Assembly (NCBI GenBank): GCA_965215195.1
Contig: CBDCDC010000001.1
Coordinates: 128,001-192,000, forward strand
DNA length: 64,000 bases
Direction: 5' to 3'
Source of the DNA: Candidatus Latescibacterota bacterium
GTDB lineage: Bacteria; Latescibacterota; UBA2968; UBA8231
Part shown: piece by piece, positions 10,701 through 19,718 of the stretch
Layout of the letters: the number at the start of each line of letters is the position of its first letter
Numbering within the stretch: the stretch's first letter is position 1
Notes under the pieces: generated by a model
What the model was told of the DNA's origin: nothing
The model's database searches: none
The model's input: only the letters and a program-made list of their open reading frames with translations
Program-made: the position numbers and the translations under genes

Positions 10701-11792
10701 TGCTTTCCATTGGCACCGGACGACTTCGCCCGCGTGAATCCGAATACCGGCACCGCGCCCGTGTTCCGCAGCCGGCGAGACGCCGAGATCACTCGTGGAA
10801 TCTACGAACAGCATCCGGTGTTGGTGGATCGCTCCGGGGGCGAAGAGATGCGCGTGTGGCCGGTGAAATACGCTACGATGTTCCACATGGCGAATGATTC
10901 GCACCTCTTCAGGACTGCTGAACAGCTCGATGCGGCAGGTTTTTATCCCGTCGAGGGCAATCGCTGGAAGAAAGGTGAGGATCTCTATTTGCCGCTGTAC
11001 GAAGGCAAGATGGTGCAGGCATTCGACCATCGCGCCGCTAGCATCACCAACCGAGAAGGCAACTTGTTCCGACCGGGGCAGCCGGACAGAACCCTTGACG
11101 AAGAATACTGTGATCCGGCTTTCTCTCCTCGTCCGCGATATTGGGTCAGGCAGCAGGAGAGTGATGTTGTCCAGAGTTTGCACTGGCTCTTGGCGTTCAA
11201 AGACATTACGGCGTCAACCAATGTCCGCACCATGATCGCCGCTGTCGTTCCGCAAGTTGGATGTGGACACACATTGCCAGTCCTTGTTCCGGCCGAATGC
11301 GATTTCAACAGCGAGAGCGCGGCCGGCCTGCTGGCCAATCTCAACAGCTTCGTTTTCGATTATGTTGCACGTCAGAAAGTTCAGGCGACTCACCTCACTT
11401 GGTACATCGTCGAACAACTCCCGGTCATCGCCCCCGACGCTTACGACCGAAAATTCGGCTCTACAATCGCCCGCGACCTCGTCCGCGATCACGTCCTCCG
11501 CCTCACGTACACCGCCCACGACATGACCCCCTTCGCCCGCGACCTCGGCTACGACGGGCCGCCCTTCGTCTGGAACGAAGAGGAACGCCGCCACCTACGC
11601 GCCCGCCTCGACGCCCTCTATTTCCACCTCTACGGCCTGTCGCGGGACGACGCCGGGTACGTGCTCGACACCTTCCCAATCGTCCGCAAGGAAGACGAGG
11701 CCGCCTGCGGAAAATACCGCACCCGCGATATGACGCTGGCGTACATGAACGCGCTGGCGGCGGGGGATGCGGAAGCGGTGGTGGCGGTGTAG
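7782..11792 (+). CDS. Type IIG (Eco57I-like) restriction-modification fusion enzyme
   Basis: N-terminal PD..ExK (IPDHLLF..VEESKR), WGILTNG, YNGGLF, GSFYT, DPAMGSGHF, NPPW, C-terminal TRD. Confidence 0.92.
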   Translation: MPGQLFTHYFLTDGIKATAEWQASLAQPEAFAAFRDGVARQHDALSRSQDPNEAVTEQDLIRPVLELLGWADYLPQQGVARNEDIPDHLLFADADAKQRAAAERNAGDRFRYATVVEESKRFGLSLDSRDQSDRAQRGTPHGQILRYLATAEIESEGRIRWGILTNGGVWRLYDYCARPRTSGYFEADLTALLAPGNEDELRVFHLLFRRESFALRDGATTTFLEAALAEGRRYEEQVAQDLSGVVFERVFPNLVNALAKERGGSLAESRDAALIFLYRLLFVLYAEDRGLLPVNDARYDDYGLRKRVRDDVARRMDQQDTFSNLATNYYDHLTTLFKLIDKGDESIGLPPYNGGLFATEAAPLLEKVRLADKDIAPIIHDLSHAKDPQGVRRFVNYRDMSVQQLGSIYERLLEREPVRDEGKISIRPNPYARKDSGSFYTSQELVDLIVERTLKPLAEERLNAFKEKAAALKSARRSKEERRAELEQFDPAEAVLDLKVLDPAMGSGHFLVTAVDFLSDYIAELIERVPAVPKWLDGEYASPLVGRVAAIRDDIRKRAAASNWVLDEAQLTDQAIIRRMVLKRCIYGVDKNRLTVELAKVSLWLHSFTVGAPLSFLDHHLRCGDSLVGLRVRDATDELHRLGGMFAGSAIAGAETATDGMQRIEEMSDADVSEVQASAALFDGVEETTADLRGLLDFLCGWRWRMAGMKKKERDEFEGPLVATLGQHTADAYRLLARGPAEMGVSEATRFAELWRTARAIADREGFLHWEVAFPGVWHRWQESRPQGGFDAVIGNPPWDRIKLQEVEWFATRAPELALAPTAAARRKGIQRLRDQGAPLAAEFDAAKSQSESLSQMVRSGGDYPLLGGGDINLYSLFVERAMSLIKPDGFVGLLTPSGIYADKTAAKFFKAVSTKGRVGGLFDFENKKIFFKDIHASFKFCALILGGEERRFRKTKCAFFLHDTKTIYDEDRCFPLAPDDFARVNPNTGTAPVFRSRRDAEITRGIYEQHPVLVDRSGGEEMRVWPVKYATMFHMANDSHLFRTAEQLDAAGFYPVEGNRWKKGEDLYLPLYEGKMVQAFDHRAASITNREGNLFRPGQPDRTLDEEYCDPAFSPRPRYWVRQQESDVVQSLHWLLAFKDITASTNVRTMIAAVVPQVGCGHTLPVLVPAECDFNSESAAGLLANLNSFVFDYVARQKVQATHLTWYIVEQLPVIAPDAYDRKFGSTIARDLVRDHVLRLTYTAHDMTPFARDLGYDGPPFVWNEEERRHLRARLDALYFHLYGLSRDDAGYVLDTFPIVRKEDEAACGKYRTRDMTLAYMNALAAGDAEAVVAV

Positions 11793-11908
11793 ATTGGCGA
11801 CAGCGGCGGTGCTTAACAGGGTTTGAGTGATACGAGACGTTAAGCGTGACAGGCTTTCGGGGTGGGACAGTATCCATTTAACATTTGATGCAAAAGGAAG
11901 ATGGCTCA

Positions 11909-12170
11909 ATGAATACTACACAAGAGACAGAATTTGATTATCAAACGTATATGAAAGCACGAGGACCGAGCAAAATTAATCGTGGAACAAAGGCGCGTGA
12001 AAAACGACGCGAGGCCGCCAAAGCGCAGATTTCTCAAAAGCGGACCTATGCAGATTCCAAAGAGCCGTAAACAACTACGAAAAAGCGATTCGCCTTGAAT
12101 CGAAGGACGCTGTTCAGCCGGCGAAGAGCAGGAGACATCTTATGGACGAGGACTATGTAAAAGAGATTTG
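11909..12170 (+). pseudogene. Degenerate mosaic: short antitoxin-like N-terminus followed by an out-of-frame TPR-like fragment
   Basis: MNTTQETEFDYQTYMKARGPSKINRG... then, in another frame, AVNNYEKAIRLESKDA. Confidence 0.3.
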
Positions 12171-12241
12171 ACTTATTCCAAGATTCAGCGCTACACTCCG
12201 TCAGTTCAAAATTCTCGCCCGTGAAAGAAGGTACTAACGCC

Positions 12242-13384
12242 ATGTCCCAAGAACGACTCGACGACCGCCTGCATCTTCCAGACCTGTCGATAGAAGGGTT
12301 TCGGGGGATCAAGGAGCTTTCCATTGAGCGATTGGGCCGCGTGACCCTGCTAGCGGGCAAGAATAGCGTCGGCAAGACGACCGTTTTAGATGCCGTCCGA
12401 GTCTATGCGGCGTGCGGTAGCAATAACGTTTTGTCCGAACTACTGGAGAGCCGTGAAGAGATCTCTGCCGCTAGCGACGAAGATGGCGACAGTATAGAGG
12501 CACCTGATATTGCGGCCCTATTTCACGGACGGGATGCGTCGGGGCCCTGCATCTCGATCGGTCCAAAAAGCAACACAGATCAACTCCAGATTGAGTGGAC
12601 TACTCTGAGTGATGAACAGGCGTCTCGTCTCGAAAAAATTTTACCTCGCTCTATTACGAATGGTCATACTCAGGCATTAAGAATCGCATTTCAAGATGCT
12701 GAACAGGTCCTCCCATGGTTTCTCTCAATCTCAAAACTAGCTACGGACAAAAAGACATACCGATACGTACGGCATTTATTGGACGAAACCGAATCGCCAT
12801 CCCCAATAGTGTGTCATTCTTTGGGTCCGGATCTATTGAGCAACAACGAAATTGCACAGTTCTGGGACGCTATCGCACTGACGGATGATGAAGACCGAGC
12901 GGTGCAGGCTCTGAAACTAATCCTCGGCAACGAGGTGGATCGTGTGGCGGTGATCGGTGCCGACGGAGCACGTTACAGAAGGCGCGGTCGGCGCGTAGTC
13001 GTAAAGCTCCAGGGTCAAGCTCGTCCAGTCCCTTTGAAAAGTTTGGGCGATGGAGCACTGCGCCTATTCGGCGTTGCACTGGCGCAGGCCAATAGCCGGG
13101 ACGGTTTTCTACTCATCGACGAAGCCGAAAACGGCATTCACCATTCCGTGCAGCGCGATTTCTGGCGCATGGTTTTTAAGACTGCACACACAAACAACGC
13201 CCAAGTCATTGCGACGACGCACAGCTTTGACTGCGTACGCGGATTCGCACAAGCAGCAGTCGAGTACGAGGAGAGCGAAGGGGTGCTTGTGCGCATCGAA
13301 CGAAAAGATGAGGAGATGTGGGCGGTCGAGTACTCGGAAAGCGATCTCAGGATCGTCGCTGAACAACGTATTGAGGTGAGGTAG
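12242..13384 (+). CDS. ABC-type ATPase (AAA_15/AAA_21, AbiEii/OLD-like)
   Basis: IEGFRGI, Walker A GKNSVGKT, signature LGDG, Walker B LLIDEAENGIH, H-loop TTHS. Confidence 0.9.
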   Translation: MSQERLDDRLHLPDLSIEGFRGIKELSIERLGRVTLLAGKNSVGKTTVLDAVRVYAACGSNNVLSELLESREEISAASDEDGDSIEAPDIAALFHGRDASGPCISIGPKSNTDQLQIEWTTLSDEQASRLEKILPRSITNGHTQALRIAFQDAEQVLPWFLSISKLATDKKTYRYVRHLLDETESPSPIVCHSLGPDLLSNNEIAQFWDAIALTDDEDRAVQALKLILGNEVDRVAVIGADGARYRRRGRRVVVKLQGQARPVPLKSLGDGALRLFGVALAQANSRDGFLLIDEAENGIHHSVQRDFWRMVFKTAHTNNAQVIATTHSFDCVRGFAQAAVEYEESEGVLVRIERKDEEMWAVEYSESDLRIVAEQRIEVR

Positions 13385-13388
13385 TTGG

Positions 13389-14003
13389 ATGGATAATAAC
13401 GACCGCGTCCTCCTCGTTGAAGGACAAGACGACGAGCATGTTGTTCAACATCTTTGCCGCCGCAGCCAGCCAATATCGTCATTCCACATAGAGAATAAGC
13501 TCAACATTGATAATCTTCTTGACTCCATTAAACAGGAAGTCAGAGTTCCCAGCCGCAAAGCCGTCGGCATCCTCGTGGATGCGAATGACTGCTTGAATAG
13601 TCGCTGGCAGGCTGTAACCGATAGACTTGATCAGGCGGGTCTCGAGGTGCCTCATAGCCCTGAATTAGTTGGTACCATTATAGACGGCACTACCCGCACC
13701 CCTCGCGTCGGCATCTGGTTGATGCCCGACAACACATCGCCCGGCGAACTCGAAAATTTCGTCTCGAAGATGATTCCCGACGACGATCCGGTATGGCCAC
13801 GATCCCAGTGTTACATTGACGGTATTCCAAGGGACGACCGAAAGTTTATCGAGAAAAAGATAATGCGAGCCAAGGTCCACGCTTGGTTGGCGACGAGAAC
13901 GGAACCTAGGAAAATGGGGGCCGCCATTGGCGGACGAGATTTGCACGTGGATGGAACACTCAGCACAGCATTCGCTAATTGGCTACGGCAACTGTTCGAG
14001 TGA
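13389..14003 (+). CDS. DUF3226-like (TOPRIM-type) protein, partner of the ATPase
   Basis: LLVEGQDD, GILVDAN and GIWLMPDN..GELENF motifs; 4 bp after the ATPase. Confidence 0.8.
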   Translation: MDNNDRVLLVEGQDDEHVVQHLCRRSQPISSFHIENKLNIDNLLDSIKQEVRVPSRKAVGILVDANDCLNSRWQAVTDRLDQAGLEVPHSPELVGTIIDGTTRTPRVGIWLMPDNTSPGELENFVSKMIPDDDPVWPRSQCYIDGIPRDDRKFIEKKIMRAKVHAWLATRTEPRKMGAAIGGRDLHVDGTLSTAFANWLRQLFE

Positions 14004-14081
14004 ATCGACTAATCACTTAGAAACGACAGAGCGGTACACTCGCTCCATGCCCAAACATTCGCAAGGTGCAGCCGGTTCTGG

Positions 14082-15659
14082 TCAGTGAGAGATAGCCAAT
14101 TCAACGCCAGTCAGTATCACTGGCTCGCGGCGACCTTTCTGCCCCGCCACTAGCCGCACGACGATCTCGTTGATCCCCTGCCGCAAAAGAGAACCATCCA
14201 CTGCAAATTCCACGCTGATCCCTTCCATTTGTTGCTCGAGCGGACGGGTGGGATAGCTGGCCCAAAACAGCGGCACCACCTGCTGACGCGGCCAGCCATC
14301 GCCGCAGACTTGGGCTTGATCCCAAGGAAGGGCGCGGCCGTTGAGTTCGACTTCGAGACGGTCCTCCGGCGGCAGGTGCTCCAAGCGCAAGGCCAAGCCG
14401 CCGGTGGCGTCGGCCACTTCATCGGCGACGCGGATGCAAAGCGTCGGCCCCAAGCTCGGGCTTTCAGCGGGCAAGGGCACCGGAAGCGGCGTTGAGGGGT
14501 GGGCCAAGCGGAAGGCGGCGCTGTGGCCCTCCGTGGGGCTGAAGGACATGGTACCGCTGATTTCGTAGCACTTGTCGAGTTTTTTCAGGGTTTCGAGATC
14601 GGAAAACTCAGCAGCTGTCTGGCGGTTCCACTCGGGCGACATGGTGTAGAAGTTGTACAGATAAATGCCGTCGGCCCCGTCGGTGAGCCAGCGCAAGGCC
14701 AAGGCGCGGAGGAAGCGCCGGTCGCTGTGGCGGGTGGCCTCAATGCAGCCATAGACGCGGCAGGGGGTAGCGGCCGCAGCGCGGACGAATTCATCGACCG
14801 GGGTCTCAAACGAGATAAAGCCGCCGCCAACGACCGCGATATCGACGAGGCCGGTCTCGATCCATTCGGCAACGTCGAGGCCGATGCGCCGCGAGTCGGC
14901 CAAAGTCGGTGGGACGCGAACGGCCAGTTGCAATGGTTTGCCCCGTTGGGCACTGACCTCGTCGAGCCGCGCCTTGATCGTTTGCACCAGATCGGTCATC
15001 AGGTAGCTGTTGGCCGTGGCTTCGGCCATGCGGAAAAAGGCCGGATGGCGCATGAAGTCGAGCTCGATGCCATCCACGTCAAAGCGCTCAAAGACCTCGC
15101 AGGCAATGCGCCGCACGTGCTCGCGCACCTCGGCGTGGGCGTAGTCGAGGCCGGTGCGGATGCCCCACTCAACCGACTTTGCGGGGAAGTCCTCGCCGGG
15201 GCGGCCAATGAGCAGGTGGGGCTGCTGGCGGCGGAAGCGACCGTAGCCGGGATGGGTCGGGTCGATTACATAGTGGCTGTTCATGCGGATGCGCGGGAAA
15301 AAGGGAATCGCCGCCGCTCGGCACAGCCCGGCAAGCGCGGTCAACGGCCCGCCGCACTCGGCGATCAGGTTCTGTAGGTTGGCGGCGAGCCGCTCCTCAA
15401 CGCCGGGCGTGGCCGAGTGGACGAAGGAGGGGGCGGTCGCGTCGAGGCCGCTACTTGCGTCGCCGAATTTCTCGCCAATCTCCGTCTCGAACTGATAGAC
15501 CTCGTGATCGCCCGTGCTCCACCAAAACGCGCCGCCAGTGCCGGCATAGCCGTTGACGACTTTTTCCTTGAGGTCGGCGACCAAGACGTTTTCCTCGGCC
15601 GTGAAAATCCAGCCATCGTCGGTGAAAATGATGGGCGGTGCCTTGCGCTTGTGGGCCAT
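14082..15659 (-). CDS. Glycoside-hydrolase-like (GHL10-type TIM barrel) protein
   Basis: RMN..H, LDYAHAEVR, DVDGIELDFMRH, GADGIYLYNF. Confidence 0.6.
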   Translation of the reverse strand: MAHKRKAPPIIFTDDGWIFTAEENVLVADLKEKVVNGYAGTGGAFWWSTGDHEVYQFETEIGEKFGDASSGLDATAPSFVHSATPGVEERLAANLQNLIAECGGPLTALAGLCRAAAIPFFPRIRMNSHYVIDPTHPGYGRFRRQQPHLLIGRPGEDFPAKSVEWGIRTGLDYAHAEVREHVRRIACEVFERFDVDGIELDFMRHPAFFRMAEATANSYLMTDLVQTIKARLDEVSAQRGKPLQLAVRVPPTLADSRRIGLDVAEWIETGLVDIAVVGGGFISFETPVDEFVRAAAATPCRVYGCIEATRHSDRRFLRALALRWLTDGADGIYLYNFYTMSPEWNRQTAAEFSDLETLKKLDKCYEISGTMSFSPTEGHSAAFRLAHPSTPLPVPLPAESPSLGPTLCIRVADEVADATGGLALRLEHLPPEDRLEVELNGRALPWDQAQVCGDGWPRQQVVPLFWASYPTRPLEQQMEGISVEFAVDGSLLRQGINEIVVRLVAGQKGRREPVILTGVELAISH

Positions 15660-15725
15660 GTCTCCTCCTCGCTAGCAGTCTAAACAACGGGCGATATTCA
15701 GAGCTTATAAGACAGCTTCTAACCA

Positions 15726-16805
15726 CTAACCACTCTGTATATAGGCTTTGACGATATCGATGATTAACGCGACGTCGCAGCGGGCCTCTTCCAAAGGAGT
15801 ACGTGGCTGCGCACCCTCAGTAATGCAGGCGTGGAAGTGCTTCAGCTCGCGGACGAAGGGGCCTTCCCACGCAATGGCCGGGCGGTGGGTGATGGCCTCG
15901 CCGGCTTCGTCGAGGGTCTGAATCTCCAAGGTCGAGAGGATGCCCCGCGAAAAGCCGGTCGGGTAAGAGAGCAATACGCGGCGGTCGTCGCCGCAGACTT
16001 CGAGGGTCTCCTTAAAGTCGCGCACGTCCTTTAACTCGACCCAAGTGGCCGCACAGCGAGCGCCGTTTGGGTATGCGAGCATGGTGCTGACGCCCCAGCC
16101 GTCGTACCAGATTTCGCTGCTGGCGACCCTTTCGGGCACACCCATGAGGGTGCGCAGGCCGTAGAGGTCGTGGATCATGCTGCCGGAGAGGCAGCCAAAG
16201 GCAGCCCGCACGTCGGCCGGGACCTCGCCGATGGCCGCACGCACGGCCGCAGCACGTGCCGCGCTCGTCTGCGCGACGGCCGTAGCGGGTATGTCGTCGG
16301 CGCGGTGCAGGCGGAAGTGTGCCAGATGATGCGCGTTGCTGGTGTGCAGGTGGTGGATCTGGACGAAGCGGATCGCGGCCATGTCGGCGATTGCGCGAGC
16401 GGCCGCCTCAAAGGCCGGGTCGTACACCTTCATATAACCGGCCAAGCCAACCGTGCCAGCCGCCTGCCGGGCGGCAATGATCCGGTCGGCCTCTTGCAGC
16501 GAGAAGCAGATCGGCTTTTCAATGAAGACGTGTTTGCCGGCCTCAAAAGCGGCGACAGCGATCTCGGTCTTGGGGTCGGTATGGCACAAGAGCACGGCGT
16601 CGAGATCCGCGGCGAGCAGCGCGCGCCAGTCGCTGGTGTGGCGCGGCACGTGAAACTCTTGCGCCACGGTCTGCGCCAAGCGCGGCGAGAGGTCGCAAAC
16701 CATTTCTACGGAAAATAGGTTCTTGAGCGCGGTGAGGTTGGGCAGGTGCTGGACTTGGGCGACGGCACCACAGCCGACGACGCCGATGCGGATAGGGGCT
16801 TTCAT
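15726..16805 (-). CDS. Gfo/Idh/MocA oxidoreductase
   Basis: IRIGVVGCGAVA and GKHVFIEKP; start set at MKAPIR. Confidence 0.9.
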   Translation of the reverse strand: MKAPIRIGVVGCGAVAQVQHLPNLTALKNLFSVEMVCDLSPRLAQTVAQEFHVPRHTSDWRALLAADLDAVLLCHTDPKTEIAVAAFEAGKHVFIEKPICFSLQEADRIIAARQAAGTVGLAGYMKVYDPAFEAAARAIADMAAIRFVQIHHLHTSNAHHLAHFRLHRADDIPATAVAQTSAARAAAVRAAIGEVPADVRAAFGCLSGSMIHDLYGLRTLMGVPERVASSEIWYDGWGVSTMLAYPNGARCAATWVELKDVRDFKETLEVCGDDRRVLLSYPTGFSRGILSTLEIQTLDEAGEAITHRPAIAWEGPFVRELKHFHACITEGAQPRTPLEEARCDVALIIDIVKAYIQSG

Positions 16806-17061
16806 AAGCGGTGTTCTGTGGTTTGAGTGGAAAGGCGTGTTGGGTCTCGGGCGAAAAATAGCGCGGCCCCTCTCCTGCCACAAGGCAAAAGGCGTCTTGC
16901 GTACGACCGCGAAGAGCGGTGCCAAGCAGGATTGACCTTAGGTTTGGTCTTGGGCATTTTGTTGGAGCGGGACTAGCGCGACGTACCGACGAAACGTGGT
17001 CAGGAGCGGCAAGTCGGGCGCGGGACTTGGCAGACTTTACCCCAAACTGAGGCGAGTCAAC

Positions 17062-17274
17062 ATGAGTCAAATCTATACAGCCCTAATCCAACAACAAGAG
17101 GACTGGTGGATCGGATGGATCGCCGAGATTCCCGGAGTCAATTGTCAAGAGAGAACAAAGGAAGAACTGATTGATACCCTTAGAATCACGCTGGTAGAAG
17201 CCTTAGAATTCAACCGGCAAGATGCAATTAATACAGCAGAAGATGGATATCAGGAAATCGCCATCCAGACGTGA
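17062..17274 (+). CDS. hicB: HicB-family antitoxin
   Basis: YTALIQQQEDWWIGWIAEIPGVNCQERTKEEL. Confidence 0.85.
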   Translation: MSQIYTALIQQQEDWWIGWIAEIPGVNCQERTKEELIDTLRITLVEALEFNRQDAINTAEDGYQEIAIQT

Positions 17275-17432
17275 AACGAAAAGCATTACTCAGACACCTC
17301 AGAAGGTACAACTGTAGGTCGCAAACACTCGCAGTGCTGAATACCAAGAGTGCGGTGCCGAGGCATACTGAGATCGGCAATCAGCTTGCCAAGAAAATAT
17401 GTAAGGACTTAGGCATTCCTGTCCCCTCCTAG
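17271..17432 (+). pseudogene. hicA: HicA-family toxin, shortened (53 aa), with the catalytic His segment out of frame
   Basis: GTG start overlaps the hicB stop; MKRKALLRHLRRYNC...SAVPRHTEIGNQLAKKICKDLGIP; GRKHS is present only in the +1 frame. Confidence 0.75.
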
Positions 17433-17457
17433 CTCCCTCGCTGCCATTTCCATGCCT

Positions 17458-18102
17458 TTATCCCACCTTTCCGACGCGGGGCGTCAAGTCGTTCCACACA
17501 TCGGCTAGTGCGTAGGCCCGCTTAAAGCTCTGATACACGTCTTGCCACATGGCCTCGCGCAACTCGGTGGCTTGTGCTTGGTCGCCGGCCGCGAGGGCCG
17601 CTTTGAGTTGGTCGCTTCTTTCTGCTTGTGCGATCGCTAGGTCGCTGGCGGCCCAAGACAAGTCGTTAGCTGCGACCGTGAATTTGTCGATGAGTTCGTC
17701 AATGGGCGTGTCGGTATCCGTCTCCACGTCGTACGAGCTGGAGGGCTGGAAGCGGGTTGGGTGGCGGGTGCCGTCGGGGTCGCGGCCGGTGTGCGTGGGC
17801 TGGATGTGGGGCGTTACCGATAGGTACATGACCATGGGCTCGTCGCCAATGGCCCGCACCTGATGGATCTCGTCGGCGAGGGCAACGCAGAGTTGCCCCG
17901 CGCACAGCTCCTGTTCGCTGCCGGCGATGTAGAAGATGCAGCGGCCTTGCAGGATGAGGAAAATCTCGTGGCCGAGGTCGTGGCTGTGCAGGTCGGCCAC
18001 CGCGCCCGGCTGCATGCGGAGGAAGCGGGAGCGGATGTGGGGGGTGACGAGGAGGTTTTTGATGTGTTCCTCTTTGCGAAAGTCGAAAATTTCAAAGGCC
18101 AT
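17458..18102 (-). CDS. Cupin-domain protein
   Basis: HSHDLGHE...H cupin motifs; AGGAG RBS before MAFEIF. Confidence 0.8.
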   Translation of the reverse strand: MAFEIFDFRKEEHIKNLLVTPHIRSRFLRMQPGAVADLHSHDLGHEIFLILQGRCIFYIAGSEQELCAGQLCVALADEIHQVRAIGDEPMVMYLSVTPHIQPTHTGRDPDGTRHPTRFQPSSSYDVETDTDTPIDELIDKFTVAANDLSWAASDLAIAQAERSDQLKAALAAGDQAQATELREAMWQDVYQSFKRAYALADVWNDLTPRVGKVG

Positions 18103-18127
18103 GAGCAGGCTCCTTGCGAAGAGTGAG

Positions 18128-18496
18128 TTATCGAGTCCACTGCAATGTTTCGTTGGCAAGCGTTATGTCGCGTAGCGTCTGATGGATAGCGGCTAGTACA
18201 TCTGCACTGAAATGTTCCACGTCGATCATTTGGTCTCTAACGTTTGCAAAGAACGACTTCGGAATATGTGGGTTGTTCAGAGTTGAACCGCGTTGGTTGA
18301 GATAAATGGCTCGCAACTTGAGAATTTCGAGCATTTTCGCCGGTGTATAACCATCAGCATCATCCATTTCTAAGCGATATTTCTCTGCGCTCCATTGTCG
18401 ATCAAAGAATGCGTCCACCTCGGAACGGCCTTCTCCCTCTCGCAAGCCCAATAGCTGGCACAATTCCTTTTGTCGTCTATCGTCTTGGACAGCCAT
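18128..18496 (-). pseudogene. Probable type II restriction endonuclease with an internal in-frame deletion
   Basis: Coupled to the MTase by a TAATG overlap; only 122 aa; N-terminal QDD..GRSEVDA joined directly to C-terminal RGSTLNNPHIP, with no E-x-K core. Confidence 0.55.
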
Positions 18497-19620
18497 TAGG
18501 CCCCCAACGCGCTCGCTACAGATTTTGCGATAGCATAGCTCACCGGCGGGCAAACGGAATTGCCGATTTGTCCAAGGACTTGGTACACAGCACCTGCAAA
18601 GAGCCAATCTGCTGGAAAGCCTTGCAGGAGAGCACAGTCTTGGACGGAAAGCCTGAAATGGCCGTTTTCTGGGGGGAACATCGCGGCTTCCCCTCTCGAC
18701 TTTTGTACGCCGTTTGGCCAAATATGTAGCCGCTCCCAAACTTTTTGACTAGCCTTGCTGTTGAGAACACTCGTCGTCTTTCTCGGGCCAGTAAAACCAG
18801 AGCGGAGAGTCGGAGCGAAGCAATCGAATCCAATGTCGTCTAGGCCCAAAGCTGCCCTAGCACCCAGCGTACAGCGGCCCGATGAAAACAGACTGTCCTT
18901 GGGACAGTGCGTTGCCTGCGGGACCTCGAATTCACGGACTGCTTTGGACGAGCGAAACCCGACGAAAATAACTCGCTTCCTCACTTGGGGGACGCCAAAT
19001 GCAGAAGCGACGGCTTTGAACTTTGCGATGTGATAGCTTGGCTCTAACGGCACTAAAATTGCCTCGTTTACGTATTCACTGAATTTGGGAGCGAGCAGTC
19101 CCGGAACGTTTTCGGCTACGAAAGCATCGGGTTTGATGGCGAGCACCGCGTCGATAAAGGCCGGCCACATATCCCTAGTGTCCTTACTCCCACTCCGTCT
19201 TCCGGCAACGGAGAAGGGCTGGCATGGAGGGCCGCCGTGAATGAGATCGACGGCACCTGTATAGGCGGCCCAATTGACCTTTGTCACATCGCCGTATTGA
19301 CCAGAGAAAACCTTCCATTGGGGGCGGTTGCGCCGCAGCGTGGCACCGCAAATCTCCAAGGTGTCGAAACTGGCAACATGCTCAAAACCGGCCCGCTCAA
19401 AACCGAGGTCCAAGCCGCCACCCCCCGAAAACAGGGACAGCGCCCGCAAGCCCTGTTGCCGCTGTTGGGGCATTAGTTTATTTGGTGCCAAAACCGGCTT
19501 GCTAATGCGGCTTGGATCGCATGTAAGCTCACCGCGGATGGCCGCTTTTTTTCTCCGCCTAGATCGCGCAGAGATTTCCCGATACCAGTCTCTTTTTTCT
19601 TGTGATATGTCGTAGGGCAT
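18496..19620 (-). CDS. DNA (cytosine-5) methyltransferase
   Basis: LFSGGGG, GGPPCQPFS, ENV, QVRKR and QIGNSV motifs. Confidence 0.95.
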   Translation of the reverse strand: MPYDISQEKRDWYREISARSRRRKKAAIRGELTCDPSRISKPVLAPNKLMPQQRQQGLRALSLFSGGGGLDLGFERAGFEHVASFDTLEICGATLRRNRPQWKVFSGQYGDVTKVNWAAYTGAVDLIHGGPPCQPFSVAGRRSGSKDTRDMWPAFIDAVLAIKPDAFVAENVPGLLAPKFSEYVNEAILVPLEPSYHIAKFKAVASAFGVPQVRKRVIFVGFRSSKAVREFEVPQATHCPKDSLFSSGRCTLGARAALGLDDIGFDCFAPTLRSGFTGPRKTTSVLNSKASQKVWERLHIWPNGVQKSRGEAAMFPPENGHFRLSVQDCALLQGFPADWLFAGAVYQVLGQIGNSVCPPVSYAIAKSVASALGA

Positions 19621-19718
19621 ATCCCAATATACTCAAGTCCATTCGCGGCGGCTGTACTCGGCATAAATCGCCTCCACCGAGCTGAAGCGGATTGCGCGGC
19701 CGCAATGGCCGTGCGTAC

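Noticed and set aside
16960-17060. Hammerhead ribozyme suggested by GACGAAAC
   Set aside because: There is no correctly placed CUGANGA core or supporting stems.
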